Shown: positions 1 through 10,572, numbered from the stretch's first letter. The stretch is DNA of 64,000 nucleotides from an uncultured delta proteobacterium (GCA_963775425.1 CAVZJB010000004.1:160001-224000), one strand, 5' to 3'. A program made the numbers and translations. Notes: a model not told the origin generated them from the letters alone.

Positions 1-429
1 CGTGGCGCGCACGACGTTATGGGGGTTCTTGGTGCCGAGGGACTTGGTGAGGATGTTGTGCACCCCCGCCGCCTCGAGCACGTGGCGCACGGTGCCGCCG
101 GCGATGACGCCGGTACCGTCGGAGGCCGGCCGCAGCACGACCCTGCCCGAGCCGTAGTGGCCGACGATCTCGTGCGGGATGGTGGTGCCGCGCAGCGAGA
201 CCTTGAACAGGTTCTTCTTCGCCTGATCGGTGCCTTTGCGGATGGCCTCGGGCACCTCGTTCGCCTTGCCGAGGCCCACGCCGACGTGGCCCTCGCCGTC
301 GCCGACGACAACCAGCGCCGAGAAGGAGAAGCGACGTCCGCCCTTCACCACCTTGGCGACGCGATTGATGTGGATGACGCGCTCGGAGAGCTCGCCGAGG
401 TTCTCGGGGTTGATGCGTTGCTCAGCCAT
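1..429 (-). CDS. rpsE: 30S ribosomal protein S5 (3' end runs off the window)
   Basis: Manual translation from the ATG at 429: [45 protein letters not shown]; spc-operon position after rplR. Confidence 0.97.
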   Translation of the reverse strand, partial: MAEQRINPENLGELSERVIHINRVAKVVKGGRRFSFSALVVVGDGEGHVGVGLGKANEVPEAIRKGTDQAKKNLFKVSLRGTTIPHEIVGHYGSGRVVLRPASDGTGVIAGGTVRHVLEAAGVHNILTKSLGTKNPHNVVRAT

Positions 430-431
430 GG

Positions 432-824
432 TCACAGCTCCAGCCCGCCCTCGCGGGCTCCGTCGGCGACCGCGGCGATGCGCCCGTGGTACCGGTATCC
501 GTTGCGATCGAACACGACCTGCCCGATGCCCGCCTTCTTGGCGCGCTCGGCGACCGCCTTGCCGACCTCCTTCGAGGCGTCGGCCTTCTTCTTCCCCTTG
601 AGGCCGTCGCGGACGGCCTTGTCGAGGGTGGACGCCTGCACGAGGGTCTTGCCGGCGCTGTCGTCGATGATCTGCGCGTAGATGTGCCGCGCGGAGCGGA
701 ACACCGTCAGACGCGGACGCTCGCCGTCGCCGTGGGCCTTCTTGCGGACGCCAATCTTGCGCTTGACGCGCGTGGCTTCCTTGGGGTTGTGCTTGCGCAG
801 TGCGCTGAGGTTGGTCTTACGCAT
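432..824 (-). CDS. rplR: 50S ribosomal protein L18
   Basis: [20 protein letters not shown] and [13 protein letters not shown] motifs. Confidence 0.98.
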   Translation of the reverse strand: MRKTNLSALRKHNPKEATRVKRKIGVRKKAHGDGERPRLTVFRSARHIYAQIIDDSAGKTLVQASTLDKAVRDGLKGKKKADASKEVGKAVAERAKKAGIGQVVFDRNGYRYHGRIAAVADGAREGGLEL

Positions 825-1375
825 TACTTGGCTCCCGACTTGCCTTCCTTGCGGCGCACGCGCTCATCGGAGTAGCGAACTCCCTTGGCGCCGTACGGGT
901 CCTTGTTGACGGGGCGGAACGAACGAATCTTGGCGGCGGTGGCCCCGAGCGTCTCCTTGTCGGCCGCGGAGAGCACGATGTGCGTGCGCTTCTCGTCGGT
1001 GACCTGGGCGGTGACGCCCTCGGGGAGCTTGTAGACGATCGGGTGGCTGAACCCGAGCGTCATGTGCAGCTCCTTGCCCTTCACCTCGCAGCGATAGCCG
1101 ACGCCGTTGATGTCGAGCTCGCGCTTGAAACCGGTCTCCACGCCCGTCACCATGTTGGCGACGAGGGTGCGGGTGAGGCCGTGCAGGGACTTGGAGAGGC
1201 GCTCCTCATCCTTGCGCTCGACGTTGATGGCGCCGTCGCCGACGGTGACCTTCATCGCCGTGTGCGGACGGAACGAGAGCTTGCCCTTCGGTCCCTCGAC
1301 CTTGAGCTCACCGTTTTGGAAGGCGACCTTCACGGTCTTCGGGATCGCCACGGGTTTTCTGCCGATACGCGACAT
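824..1375 (-). CDS. rplF: 50S ribosomal protein L6
   Basis: MSRIGRKPV, GVGYR, LGFSHP, PYGAKGVRY. Confidence 0.98.
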   Translation of the reverse strand: MSRIGRKPVAIPKTVKVAFQNGELKVEGPKGKLSFRPHTAMKVTVGDGAINVERKDEERLSKSLHGLTRTLVANMVTGVETGFKRELDINGVGYRCEVKGKELHMTLGFSHPIVYKLPEGVTAQVTDEKRTHIVLSAADKETLGATAAKIRSFRPVNKDPYGAKGVRYSDERVRRKEGKSGAK

Positions 1376-1379
1376 GGGA

Positions 1380-1775
1380 TCACCAGATCTGGCAAAGGAC
1401 TTCGCCGCCGACGCGATCCTTACGCGCCTGCGAGTCGGTCATGACGCCCTTCGACGTCGAGATGATGGCCATGCCGAGCCCGCCCCGAACCTTCGGCAGC
1501 GTGTCGGCGTTGACGTATTGACGCAGGCCGGGGCGCGAGACGCGCTGGAGGCCTTCGATGACGGGGCTGTTCTTGTCGTCGTAGCGGAGCGTGACCGTGA
1601 GCGTGCGGCGCCCACCGTCTGCCTTCTCGTCCACGTCCTGCACGTAGCCTTCGTCCTTGAGGATGTTGGCGATGCGGACCTTGAGGTTCGACGAGGGGCA
1701 CACCACGCTCTTGTGGTGCGCCAGGAGCCCGTTGCGGAGCCGCGAGAGAAAGTCTGAGATCGGATCAGTCATCAT
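1380..1775 (-). CDS. rpsH: 30S ribosomal protein S8
   Basis: MMTDPISDFLSRLRN, VSRPGLRQY, STSKGVMTD, GGEVLC. Confidence 0.98.
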   Translation of the reverse strand: MMTDPISDFLSRLRNGLLAHHKSVVCPSSNLKVRIANILKDEGYVQDVDEKADGGRRTLTVTLRYDDKNSPVIEGLQRVSRPGLRQYVNADTLPKVRGGLGMAIISTSKGVMTDSQARKDRVGGEVLCQIW

Positions 1776-1785
1776 AGCGGTTGCC

Positions 1786-2493
<708 letters not shown>

Positions 2494-2495
2494 GG

Positions 2496-2840
2496 CTAGA
2501 CCTGCTCCGCCTTCACGTTTTTGCCGCGCGCCACGCGCTGCTTCTCGCCGTCCGAGGTGAACACCACGCCGGTGCGCACCGGGCGCTTGGCCTTCTCGGC
2601 CATGAGCATCACGTTGGAGAGCGGGATGGAACCTGCACCCTCGACGATGCCGCCCTCGGGGTGCTTGGGGTTGCGCTGGGGCTTGATGTGGCGCTTGATG
2701 ATGTTCACGCCGTCGATGCGCACGCGCCAGTGATCACCCGAGCGGATGACCTCGAGCACGCGGCCCGTCTGCCCCTTGTTCTCCTTGGAGCCGGAGATGA
2801 CCTTGACCAGGTCGCCCTTCTTGATGCGGGTCTTCATCAC
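2496..2840 (-). CDS. rplX: 50S ribosomal protein L24
   Basis: [15 protein letters not shown] motif, GVNIIKRH, position between rplN and rplE. Confidence 0.96.
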   Translation of the reverse strand: MMKTRIKKGDLVKVISGSKENKGQTGRVLEVIRSGDHWRVRIDGVNIIKRHIKPQRNPKHPEGGIVEGAGSIPLSNVMLMAEKAKRPVRTGVVFTSDGEKQRVARGKNVKAEQV

Positions 2841-3205
2841 AGCACCTCCGGCGCGAGGGACACGATCTTCATGAACTTCTTGGCGCGCAGCTCGCGGGCG
2901 ACGGGCCCGAAGATGCGGGTGCCGACCGGCTCGTTGTCCTTGTTGATGAGGACGGCGCCGTTCTTGTCGAAGCGGATGTAGCTGCCGTCGGGCCGCGCAA
3001 TCTCCTTGGCGGTGCGGACGACGACGCAGCGAACCACGTCACCCTTCTTCACCTTGGAGTTCGGGCCGGCCTCTTTGACGGCGCACACGATGACGTCGCC
3101 GATGGAGGCGTAGCGGCGCTTGCTGCCACCGAGCACCTTGATGCACATGACACGACGGGCACCACTGTTGTCGGCGACATCGAGGACTGATTGGGTCTGA
3201 ATCAC
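2837..3205 (-). CDS. rplN: 50S ribosomal protein L14 (GTG start)
   Basis: [27 protein letters not shown]. Confidence 0.98.
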   Translation of the reverse strand: MIQTQSVLDVADNSGARRVMCIKVLGGSKRRYASIGDVIVCAVKEAGPNSKVKKGDVVRCVVVRTAKEIARPDGSYIRFDKNGAVLINKDNEPVGTRIFGPVARELRAKKFMKIVSLAPEVL

Positions 3206-3219
3206 GGGGGAACATCTCC

Positions 3220-3294
3220 CCCTGGCCGCCCCGTCGTGAGGACGGGAACGCTTGCTCCGGACGCAAGGCCCTGAAGAATCAGGGCGGGCCAGGG
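3220..3294 (-). ncRNA. Putative cis-regulatory four-way-junction (cloverleaf) RNA between rpsQ and rplN
   Basis: Perfect stems: CCCUGGCC/GGCCAGGG (8 bp) closing GCCCUGA/UCAGGGC, CUUGC/GCAAG and CCCGUC/GACGGG. Confidence 0.55.
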
Positions 3295-3307
3295 TATCCG
3301 GATGAAA

Positions 3308-3568
3308 CTAGATGGAAGCCTTCTCGGCGACGGACTGCAGTCTCCACCTCTTGAGCTTGGACATCGGGCGGGTCTCGACGATGACGACGGTGTCGCCGAC
3401 GCCGGCCTCACCCTTCTCGTCGTGCGCGTAGTAGCGCGAGCGGTGCTTCAGGAACTTTGCGTACTTTGCATGACGAACCGTACGAAACACCTCGACGGTG
3501 ATCGTCTTGCCCATCTTGGTGCTCTTCACGATCCCACGCAGGGATCGTCCAAAACCGCGCTCGCTCAT
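3308..3568 (-). CDS. rpsQ: 30S ribosomal protein S17
   Basis: KMGKTITV, AHDE, GDTVVIVETRPMSKLKRW. Confidence 0.97.
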   Translation of the reverse strand: MSERGFGRSLRGIVKSTKMGKTITVEVFRTVRHAKYAKFLKHRSRYYAHDEKGEAGVGDTVVIVETRPMSKLKRWRLQSVAEKASI

Positions 3569-3783
3569 GCCGTCCTCGTCGCACCGGCATTTTGAGCCGT
3601 CAACTGGTTCTTGAGAGTCACCACGCGCGCGATGGCCCTCCGCGTGGTGCGGATCTCCATCGTGTTGGTGAGCTGCCGCGTGGAGTGCTTGAACTCGATG
3701 TCGAAGAGCTCCTTGCGCAGGCGCTCTTCTTCCTGCGCGAGCTCCGCGACGTTCTTCTCCTTGAGGTAGTCGTGCTTGCCCAT
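3565..3783 (-). CDS. rpmC: 50S ribosomal protein L29
   Basis: LRKELFDIEF...IRTTRRAIARVVT; position between rplP and rpsQ; ATG at 3783. Confidence 0.92.
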   Translation of the reverse strand: MGKHDYLKEKNVAELAQEEERLRKELFDIEFKHSTRQLTNTMEIRTTRRAIARVVTLKNQLTAQNAGATRTA

Positions 3784-3785
3784 GG

Positions 3786-4202
3786 TCAGATCTCCGCCGA
3801 CTTGTCGATGAACTTGCACGCGAGGGGCAGCTTGGACGCGGCGAGCGTCAGCGCCTCCTTGGCCGTCTTGTGGTCCACGCCCTCCATCTCGTAGAGGACG
3901 CGGCCGGGCAGCACCACCGCCACCCAACCTTCGACGTTGCCTTTGCCGTGGCCCTGGCGGGTCTCCGCCGGCTTCTTGGTGAAGGGCTTGTCGGGGAACA
4001 CGCGGATCCAGATCTTTCCGCCGCGCTTGACCTTGCGGGTCATCGCGATGCGGGCGGCCTCGATCTGGCGGGCGGTGAGCCAGCCGGGCTCGGTGGCGAT
4101 GAGGCCGTAGTCCCCGAAAGAGACCGTGCTCCCACGCGTGGCCTTGCCCTTGAGGTTGCCCTTCTGCTGCTTCCTGAACTTGACGCGACTGGGGGACATC
4201 AT
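3786..4202 (-). CDS. rplP: 50S ribosomal protein L16
   Basis: [28 protein letters not shown]. Confidence 0.98.
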   Translation of the reverse strand: MMSPSRVKFRKQQKGNLKGKATRGSTVSFGDYGLIATEPGWLTARQIEAARIAMTRKVKRGGKIWIRVFPDKPFTKKPAETRQGHGKGNVEGWVAVVLPGRVLYEMEGVDHKTAKEALTLAASKLPLACKFIDKSAEI

Positions 4203-4212
4203 GGCGGCGACC

Positions 4213-4860
4213 TCACGCGGACCGGCGAGCGCTGGTCGGCAGCACCTCGCCCTTGAAGATCCAGCACTTGCAACCGATCACGCCGTACGTGGTGTGCGCC
4301 TCGGCGAACCCGTACTCGATGTCGGCGCGCAGCGTATGCAGCGGCACGCGGCCCTCGCGGTACCACTCGTGGCGCGACATCTCGGCGCCGCCGAGGCGGC
4401 CGGAGACGGCGACGCGGATGCCCTTGGCGCCGAACTTGGTCGCGGTCTGAATGGCCTTCTTCATCGCGCGCCGGAACGCCACGCGGCGCTCGAGCTGCTG
4501 CGCGATGGACTCGGCGACGAGCTGCGCGTCGGTCTCGGCCTTGCGCACCTCGTGGATGTTCAAGAAGACCTCGCTCTGGGTGAGCTTCTGCAGGTCCTTC
4601 TTGAGCTGCTCCAGCGACGCGCCCTTCTTGCCGATGACGATGCCGGGCCGCGCGGTGTGCACGTTGATCTTGCACTTGTTGGCGGCGCGCTCGATGTCGA
4701 CGCGGGCGATGCCGGCGCTCTTGAGCTTCTCGTGGATGTACTCACGCAGGCGCATGTCCTCGTGGAGCCAGTCCGCGTAGCCCTTCTCGCGGAACCAGCG
4801 CGAGTCCCAGGAGCGAATGACGCCGAGGCGGAAGCCTGTCGGGTGTGTCTTCTGTCCCAT
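4213..4860 (-). CDS. rpsC: 30S ribosomal protein S3
   Basis: [35 protein letters not shown]. Confidence 0.98.
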   Translation of the reverse strand: MGQKTHPTGFRLGVIRSWDSRWFREKGYADWLHEDMRLREYIHEKLKSAGIARVDIERAANKCKINVHTARPGIVIGKKGASLEQLKKDLQKLTQSEVFLNIHEVRKAETDAQLVAESIAQQLERRVAFRRAMKKAIQTATKFGAKGIRVAVSGRLGGAEMSRHEWYREGRVPLHTLRADIEYGFAEAHTTYGVIGCKCWIFKGEVLPTSARRSA

Positions 4861-4864
4861 GTGA

Positions 4865-5248
4865 TCAATCCTTCACGGCCAGCGACACGTGGACGTGCGC
4901 GAGCTGCTTCTTGAACGGGGTGGCCCGCCCGTGGGCACGCGGCAGAAAGCGGCGCATGACGCCGGCCTTGTCGATCTGCACGTCGCTGACGACGAGCTTG
5001 TCGAGGTCCATCTTGCGGAAGTCGGCGTTGGCGACGGCCGAGTCGATGACCTTCTTCAGGATGGGCGCGCCCGCGCGCGGCTGGAAGGCGAGCGTGGTGA
5101 GCGCCTGCTCCACCGACATCCCGCGCACGAGGTCCGCGAGCACCCGCAGCTTGCGCGAGCTGATGCGCGTGGCCATGAGGTGCGCCGTGGCCGGGCCCTC
5201 CGCCCGGGCCTGCTTGCGCGCTTCGGCTTTCTTGGCTTCACGACGCAT
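4865..5248 (-). CDS. rplV: 50S ribosomal protein L22
   Basis: [29 protein letters not shown]. Confidence 0.96.
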   Translation of the reverse strand: MRREAKKAEARKQARAEGPATAHLMATRISSRKLRVLADLVRGMSVEQALTTLAFQPRAGAPILKKVIDSAVANADFRKMDLDKLVVSDVQIDKAGVMRRFLPRAHGRATPFKKQLAHVHVSLAVKD

Positions 5249-5251
5249 GGC

Positions 5252-5536
5252 TCAGCCCTTCTTGCCCGGCGCCGAGGGCGCCTTCTTGTCGGCGGGGTGC
5301 GCGACGAAGGTCCGCGTGGCCGCGAACTCGCCGAGCTTGTGCCCGACCATGTTGTCCGTGACGTAGACGGGGATGAACTTGCGGCCGTTGTGCACGGCGA
5401 AGGTGTGTCCGATGAACTCGGGCACGATCATCGAGCGTCGCGACCACGTCTTGATCACTTTGCGGTCCGCGTTCTCCCGCACCTTCTTCCAAAGGTGATG
5501 GTCGACGAACGGGCCCTTCTTCACGGAACGCGGCAT
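5252..5536 (-). CDS. rpsS: 30S ribosomal protein S19
   Basis: [28 protein letters not shown]. Confidence 0.98.
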   Translation of the reverse strand: MPRSVKKGPFVDHHLWKKVRENADRKVIKTWSRRSMIVPEFIGHTFAVHNGRKFIPVYVTDNMVGHKLGEFAATRTFVAHPADKKAPSAPGKKG

Positions 5537-5539
5537 GGC

Positions 5540-6364
5540 TCAACCTCTCCGCCGACGCACGATGAGGCGGTCGGTGCGCTTGTTCTGACGAGTCTTGTGT
5601 CCCTTGGTCGGCTTGCCCCACGGCGTGACCGGGTGGCGGCCGCCCGACGTCCGGCCTTCGCCGCCGCCATGCGGGTGATCGATGGGGTTCATGGAGACGC
5701 CGCGCTGGTGCGGGCGCTTGCCCAGCCAACGCTTGCGGCCCGCCTTGCCGAGCTGCACGAGCTCGTGCTCGGCGTTGCCGACCTGGCCGACGGTGGCGGT
5801 GCACTCGGCGAGGACCATGCGGGTCTCGCCCGACGGCAGACGAATCTGCGCGTAGGAGCCCTCGCGGGCCATGAGCTGCGCCGACGAGCCGGCGCTGCGG
5901 ACGAGCTGGCCGCCCTTGCCCGGCTTGATCTCCACGTTGTGGATCTGGGTGCCGACCGGGATGTTCTTGAGCTGCAGGTGGTTGCCCGGCTTGATGTCCG
6001 CCCCGGCGCCGGTGAGCACCGTGTCGCCGACGGAGAGGCCGACGGGCGCGAGGATGTAGCGCTTCTCGCCGTCGAGGTAGTGCAGCAGCGCGATGCGCGC
6101 GGTGCGGTTGGGATCGTACTCGACCGCCGCCACCTTGGCGGGCACGCCGACCTTCTCGCGGCGGAAGTCGAGCTCGCGGTACTTGCGCTTGTGGCCGCCG
6201 CCACGGAAGCGCACGGTGACGCGGCCGGTGTTGCCGTGGCCGCCGCTCTTGGAGATGCCCTTGGTGAGCTTCTTCTCCGGCTTGGACCGTGTGAGGTCGC
6301 CGAAGTCGTGGCCCGTCATGCCACGCTTCCCGGCGCTCGTCGGCTTGTAAACGCGGATACTCAT
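5540..6364 (-). CDS. rplB: 50S ribosomal protein L2
   Basis: [25 protein letters not shown]; ATG at 6364 with AAGGAG upstream. Confidence 0.98.
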   Translation of the reverse strand: MSIRVYKPTSAGKRGMTGHDFGDLTRSKPEKKLTKGISKSGGHGNTGRVTVRFRGGGHKRKYRELDFRREKVGVPAKVAAVEYDPNRTARIALLHYLDGEKRYILAPVGLSVGDTVLTGAGADIKPGNHLQLKNIPVGTQIHNVEIKPGKGGQLVRSAGSSAQLMAREGSYAQIRLPSGETRMVLAECTATVGQVGNAEHELVQLGKAGRKRWLGKRPHQRGVSMNPIDHPHGGGEGRTSGGRHPVTPWGKPTKGHKTRQNKRTDRLIVRRRRG

Positions 6365-6377
6365 CCCCACTCTCCTT

Positions 6378-6504
6378 CGGCCATGGGCGGTTCGTCTGGG
6401 GGGACGAGCCGTTCTCGGCCGTTTGAAGTCACGAGCCAACACCGAAGTGACGCCGTGAGCACTGATCCGATCGCGCGGGGGCGCGTCCGGAAGTGCGGCT
6501 CGTG
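6378..6504 (-). promoter_or_regulatory. Structured 5' leader of rplB
   Basis: Nested stems CACGAGCC/GGCTCGTG (6430-6437/6497-6504), GCACT/AGTGC, a cUUCGg hairpin, and CGGCC/GGCCG (6378-6382/6417-6421) next to the SD. Confidence 0.45.
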
Positions 6505-6602
6505 GCATGTCCACAAAGACTTGCCAAGGGGTTTCTCGCTACAGTCCCCGCCCCGTGTCTGCCAAGAGCCGCCTGCGCGCCCCCTATGAAGTCCTCTGCG
6601 CG

Positions 6603-7508
6603 GTGATCGGCAACCCGGTGCACAAGCCCCGGCCCGGCGAGCGCGTGGCCTGGGACGTCGACGTCGACGGCGCCCGCGCCCGCTTCCACGCCCACCCCGA
6701 CGACCGGCCCGTCGGCTGGGGCGGCCAGACCTCCATCTTCGAGACCGACGACGCCATCTGGCGCGTGGAGGCCGTCGACGACGAGCAGCTCGCGTGGGTC
6801 TGCACCCGCGTGGCCGAGCGCGTGATCGAGGCCGTCGCCAAAAAGAGCGGCCCGCGCACGCTGTCCGCCGAGGACAAGGCGGCGGTGAACGCCCTGCTGA
6901 AGCAGGGGGTGTCGTTGTCGGCGGCCATGAAGCAGGTGCAGGCGCAGCCCGACGACACGCGCGCCCGCCGGCGCTACGGCTGGCCCCCGGTCGAGGTCAC
7001 GCCGGCTTCACGGGGGCACGGCGACGGCGACGATGACGATGACGGCGACGGGGGCGGCGGCGGCGGCGACGACGGGGGCGGCGGCGGCCATGGCGCCGGT
7101 GGCGGGGTCGCGTCCCCGTCGGCGACGCCACCGGCTGCGGCGAAGCCGGCGTCGCCCTCGTCGAAGCCCGTGGCGACGGGTCCGCGCATCGCGCGCGACG
7201 TCCCGCGCGGGACCATCGAGGCGCCGTTCGAGAGGATGTGCGCCGCGCTCGGGGCGCCCGAGGATCGCCCGGTGCCGTTCGTGTCCACGCGCTGGCGCTT
7301 CGTCCTCGACGGCGACCGGATCGTTCGCTGGGAGGACGAGCCGAGCGACGATCCCCGCGACGTCGACGCCTCCGTGTTCGATCGCATGTCGCGCTTCGAC
7401 GCACCGTTCGCGGCGCGCGAGGCGCCGACGGCGACGTGGACGGTCACGTCGTCGACGCAGGATCACCTCGAGCGCGTGCTCGCGTGGCTCAAGGCGAAGG
7501 CGTCATGA
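6603..7508 (+). CDS. Hypothetical protein with a central Gly/Asp and Pro/Ala/Ser linker
   Basis: Long ORF with high GC3; stop overlaps the next ATG (ATGA); start uncertain (GTG 6603 chosen). Confidence 0.65.
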   Translation: MIGNPVHKPRPGERVAWDVDVDGARARFHAHPDDRPVGWGGQTSIFETDDAIWRVEAVDDEQLAWVCTRVAERVIEAVAKKSGPRTLSAEDKAAVNALLKQGVSLSAAMKQVQAQPDDTRARRRYGWPPVEVTPASRGHGDGDDDDDGDGGGGGGDDGGGGGHGAGGGVASPSATPPAAAKPASPSSKPVATGPRIARDVPRGTIEAPFERMCAALGAPEDRPVPFVSTRWRFVLDGDRIVRWEDEPSDDPRDVDASVFDRMSRFDAPFAAREAPTATWTVTSSTQDHLERVLAWLKAKAS

Positions 7509-8314
7509 GCGACGCGCTGCGCGCCGACTGCGAGCGCTGCTTCGGCCTGTGCTGCGTGGCGCCGGCGTTTTCGGCGTCGGCGGACTTCGCCATCGACAAG
7601 CCCGCGGGCACCGCCTGCCCGAACCTCGGCGACGGCTTCCGCTGCGGCATCCATGACACGCTGCGCGCGCGGGGCTTCCCCGGCTGCGCGGTCTACGACT
7701 GCTTCGGCGCCGGGCAGAAGGTCTCGCAGCAGACCTTCGCGGGCAGGGACTGGCGGAGCGCGCCCGAGATCGCACCGGCGATGTTCGAGGTGCTCACGGT
7801 GATGCGGCACCTGCACGAGCTGTTGCGCTACCTCGGGGAGGCCCTGGGGCACGGCGTCCTCGTCGACGCGCTGCGCGCCGCCCGCGACGGCGTCGACGCG
7901 CTGACCCGCGGGACGCCCGACGAGCTGCGCGCGCTCGACGTGGCGCCTCGGCGAAGGGAGGTCGCCGACCTCCTGCTCCGCGTGAGCGAGCGCGTGCGCG
8001 TCCCCGCGGGGGTCGACAAGCGCGGCGCCGACCTCGCCGGCGCTTCCCTCGAGCGCGCCGACCTGCGCCGGGCCAACCTCCGCGGCGCCCTCCTCATCGG
8101 CGCCGACCTGCGTGGCGCCGACCTGCGCGGCGCCGACGTCATCGGCGCCGACCTCCGCGCCGCCGACCTCCGCGGCGCCGACCTCGACGGCGCCCTCTTC
8201 CTCACGCAAGCGCAGCTCGAGTCGGCCCGCGGCGACGACGCCACCAAGCTGCCCCCGACGCGAGCGCGCCCTTCGCACTGGTCGTCCCGCCCGCTCCGCA
8301 TCCGCCGCCGCTGA
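7505..8314 (+). CDS. Pentapeptide-repeat protein with a Cys-rich N-terminal domain
   Basis: [15 protein letters not shown]...CPNL...CGIH...[12 protein letters not shown] followed by ADLRG repeats. Confidence 0.9.
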   Translation: MSDALRADCERCFGLCCVAPAFSASADFAIDKPAGTACPNLGDGFRCGIHDTLRARGFPGCAVYDCFGAGQKVSQQTFAGRDWRSAPEIAPAMFEVLTVMRHLHELLRYLGEALGHGVLVDALRAARDGVDALTRGTPDELRALDVAPRRREVADLLLRVSERVRVPAGVDKRGADLAGASLERADLRRANLRGALLIGADLRGADLRGADVIGADLRAADLRGADLDGALFLTQAQLESARGDDATKLPPTRARPSHWSSRPLRIRRR

Positions 8315-8328
8315 CGTCGCGGCCTCGA

Positions 8329-10572
8329 TCACTGCGGCGGCGCGAGCACCGCCAGCGGGTCGCGCGTCCTGATGATCGCGCGGCGCGAGAGATCCTCGAC
8401 GACGGCGGCGACCAGGAGCGGCGCGTGCTTGCCGCTCGCTTCGAGCTCGCGCGGGGCGGCGCCGGCCTGCAAGGCGTTCGCGATGGCCACCGCCTGCGGC
8501 GACGCCAGCCGCGCCCACGCGTCTTTGCGCGCGGCGTCGAGGTCGAGCGACGCCGCCGCCCACATCTCAGCACGCTCGCGGGCGCGCCTGCCGTTGAGCT
8601 GTTCGATGAGGCCGGGCCCGACGTCGCGCCACGAGCGCGCGAGCGAGGGCTCCGGCGGCGCCTCGACCGGCTCGAACGAGAACGGCGCGTCGCGCACGCC
8701 GAGGAGGCCGAGCAGCGCGTCCTCGTCGGCGAGGATGACGTCCTGTACGGCGCAGTTGGCGGACATGATGCGGCCGTCGTCGAAGGTCACCTTCCAGCGC
8801 GCATCGACGTTGTCCACGCTCAGCACGCCGCGGCCGCCGCTGGTGCAGGCCGCGTCGAGCAGGCTCTGCACCCCGACGTCGGCGAGCGGCCCCCAGGCGC
8901 CGGTCGACAGGCTCTCGAGGAGGCCGTCGCGCCGCCCGAGCGCGTCGGAGACGGCCTCGATGACCGAGAAGGACTTCGGCAGGTAGAGGTCCGCGCCGGC
9001 GCCGAGCTCCTGCAGCTCGGCGAGCCAGTCGCGCTCTTCGCTCACGAGGACGGCCGTCACGTCGCTGAAGCGCGCGTCCGCCCGCACGGCGGCAAGGAAG
9101 CCCCAGCCGTCGACGTCGGGCAGCGCGAGGTCGATGACGAACGCCGCCGGCCGCAGGCGCAGCGCCGCCGCCCACGCGGCTCCGCTGTCATACGCCTCGA
9201 CGACACGGAAGCCCGCCCTCGAGAAGCGGCTGCCGAGCGCGCGCCGCGCGCAGACATCGCCGTCGACGAGGAGCACGACCGGGGGCCCGCGCTCGATCGC
9301 CCCATCGCCGAGATCGACGACGTCGACGACATCGACGACGTCGACGACGTCGACAGCGGCGCGGGCCTCGGCGGCGTGAGCATCAGCGTTGCCGGCCTCA
9401 GGGGCGTTGGCGTCAGCGTTGCCGGCGTCAGCGGCGGCGGCGTTGGCGTCAGCGGCGTTGGCGTCAGCGGCGTTTCCGTCGCGGGCGTTGGCGGCGGCGG
9501 CGGCGGCGGCGGCGGCGTCGCGGGCGTTGGCGTCAGCAGCGTTGGCGTCAGCGGCGTTGGCGTCAGCGGCGTTTCCGTCGCGGGCGTTGGCGGCGGCGGC
9601 GGCGGCGGCGCGGGCGTTGGCGTCAGCGGCGACGGCGTCAGCAGCGTTGGCGTCAGCGGCGTTGGCGTCAGCGTTGGCGTCGCGGGCGCTGGCGTCCACG
9701 GCGACGGCGGCGCCGACGGCGTTCACGGCATCCACGGCGTCAGCGGCGACGGCGTCAGCGACGGCGGCGGGCGGGGCGGCGGCGTTGACGGCGTTCACGG
9801 CATCCGCCGCGTCGACGCCGACGCGGTTCACCGCGTCGCCGGCAGCGCGGGCGACGGCGGGCGGGGCGGCGGCGTTGACGGCGTTCACGGCATCCGCCGC
9901 GTCGACGCCGACGGGGTTCACCGCGTCGCCGGCAGCGCGGGCGACGGCGGGCGCGGCGGCGCCGCTGACGGCGTTCACGGCACCCACCGCGTCGACGCCG
10001 ACGGGGTTCACCGCGTCGCCGGCAGCGAGGGCGACGGCGGGCGCGGCGGCGCCGCTGACGGCGTTCACGGCACCCACCGCGTCGACGCCGACGGGGTTCA
10101 CCGCGTCGCCGGCAGCGGCGACGGCGGGCGCGGCGGCGGCGTTGACGGCGTTGACGGTGGCGGCGACGTCCACGGCGGCGGCGGCGCCCACGGCGGCGGC
10201 GTCCACGTCGGCGGTGGCGTCCACGTCGGCGGCGGCGTTCACCGCGTTGCCGGCGGCGACCTCCACGTCCGCGGCGCCAGCGCTCGCGGCGTCAACGACG
10301 TCGACGCCACCGCCGCCCGCGTTGACGTCCACCGTGGCGCCGACGCCCGCGGCGGCGGCGGGCGCGGCGGACGCGCCGGTGAGATCGACATCGTCGGCGG
10401 CGCCCGCGGCCGGCGCGTCGGCGCCGCCCTCGATCGTTGCGGCGTCGGTCTCGGGGCGCCCCGACGTCGACGACGTGGGTGCGGCGATGTCGGTGGACGT
10501 CGTGCTCTTCACGGAGAGGTGCGCGGCGGTGTCGGCGTTTGCTTCCTGCATGGCGTCGACGCTGTGCAACAC
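8329..10572 (-). CDS. Response regulator receiver plus DUF4388/PatA-like domain, with a long Ala-rich repetitive N-terminus
   Basis: VVLLVDGD...VIDLALPDVDGW...GADLYLPK receiver; GPLADVGVQSLL..GVLSV..TFDDGRIMSA; GGAGG 5 nt before the GTG at 10572. Confidence 0.75.
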   Translation of the reverse strand: MLHSVDAMQEANADTAAHLSVKSTTSTDIAAPTSSTSGRPETDAATIEGGADAPAAGAADDVDLTGASAAPAAAAGVGATVDVNAGGGGVDVVDAASAGAADVEVAAGNAVNAAADVDATADVDAAAVGAAAAVDVAATVNAVNAAAAPAVAAAGDAVNPVGVDAVGAVNAVSGAAAPAVALAAGDAVNPVGVDAVGAVNAVSGAAAPAVARAAGDAVNPVGVDAADAVNAVNAAAPPAVARAAGDAVNRVGVDAADAVNAVNAAAPPAAVADAVAADAVDAVNAVGAAVAVDASARDANADANAADANAADAVAADANARAAAAAAANARDGNAADANAADANAADANARDAAAAAAAAANARDGNAADANAADANAAAADAGNADANAPEAGNADAHAAEARAAVDVVDVVDVVDVVDLGDGAIERGPPVVLLVDGDVCARRALGSRFSRAGFRVVEAYDSGAAWAAALRLRPAAFVIDLALPDVDGWGFLAAVRADARFSDVTAVLVSEERDWLAELQELGAGADLYLPKSFSVIEAVSDALGRRDGLLESLSTGAWGPLADVGVQSLLDAACTSGGRGVLSVDNVDARWKVTFDDGRIMSANCAVQDVILADEDALLGLLGVRDAPFSFEPVEAPPEPSLARSWRDVGPGLIEQLNGRRARERAEMWAAASLDLDAARKDAWARLASPQAVAIANALQAGAAPRELEASGKHAPLLVAAVVEDLSRRAIIRTRDPLAVLAPPQ
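9380..9680. repeat. 15-bp intragenic repeats (GCGGCGTTGGCGTCA) encoding ANAAD units
   Basis: Repeated gcgttggcgtca[gc] units visible directly. Confidence 0.85.
9770..10150. repeat. About 4 x 90-bp tandem repeat encoding 30-aa Ala/Val units
   Basis: gtcgacgccgacg(g/c)ggttcaccgcgtcgccggcagcg recurs at 9811, 9901, 9991 and 10081. Confidence 0.92.

Noticed and set aside
3220-3294. Canonical tRNA gene
   Set aside because: No GTTC T-loop, no D-loop GG, no CCA and non-standard arm lengths; kept only as a tRNA-shaped cis element
6365-6514. 50-aa N-terminal extension of L2 in the ORF track
   Set aside because: SD AAGGAG precedes the ATG at 6364, and the upstream sequence folds like a leader
6500-6565. 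Sigma54 promoter upstream of rplB
   Set aside because: TGGCA elements lack a correctly spaced TTGC -12 box
4889-6589. Long antisense and alternative-frame ORFs (also 18078-19907, 20862-23285, 54457-56601, 60579-62882)
   Set aside because: Shadow ORFs expected from high GC3 opposite well-supported genes
9770-10150. CRISPR array
   Set aside because: Units are contiguous 90-bp in-frame repeats without unique spacers; no cas genes
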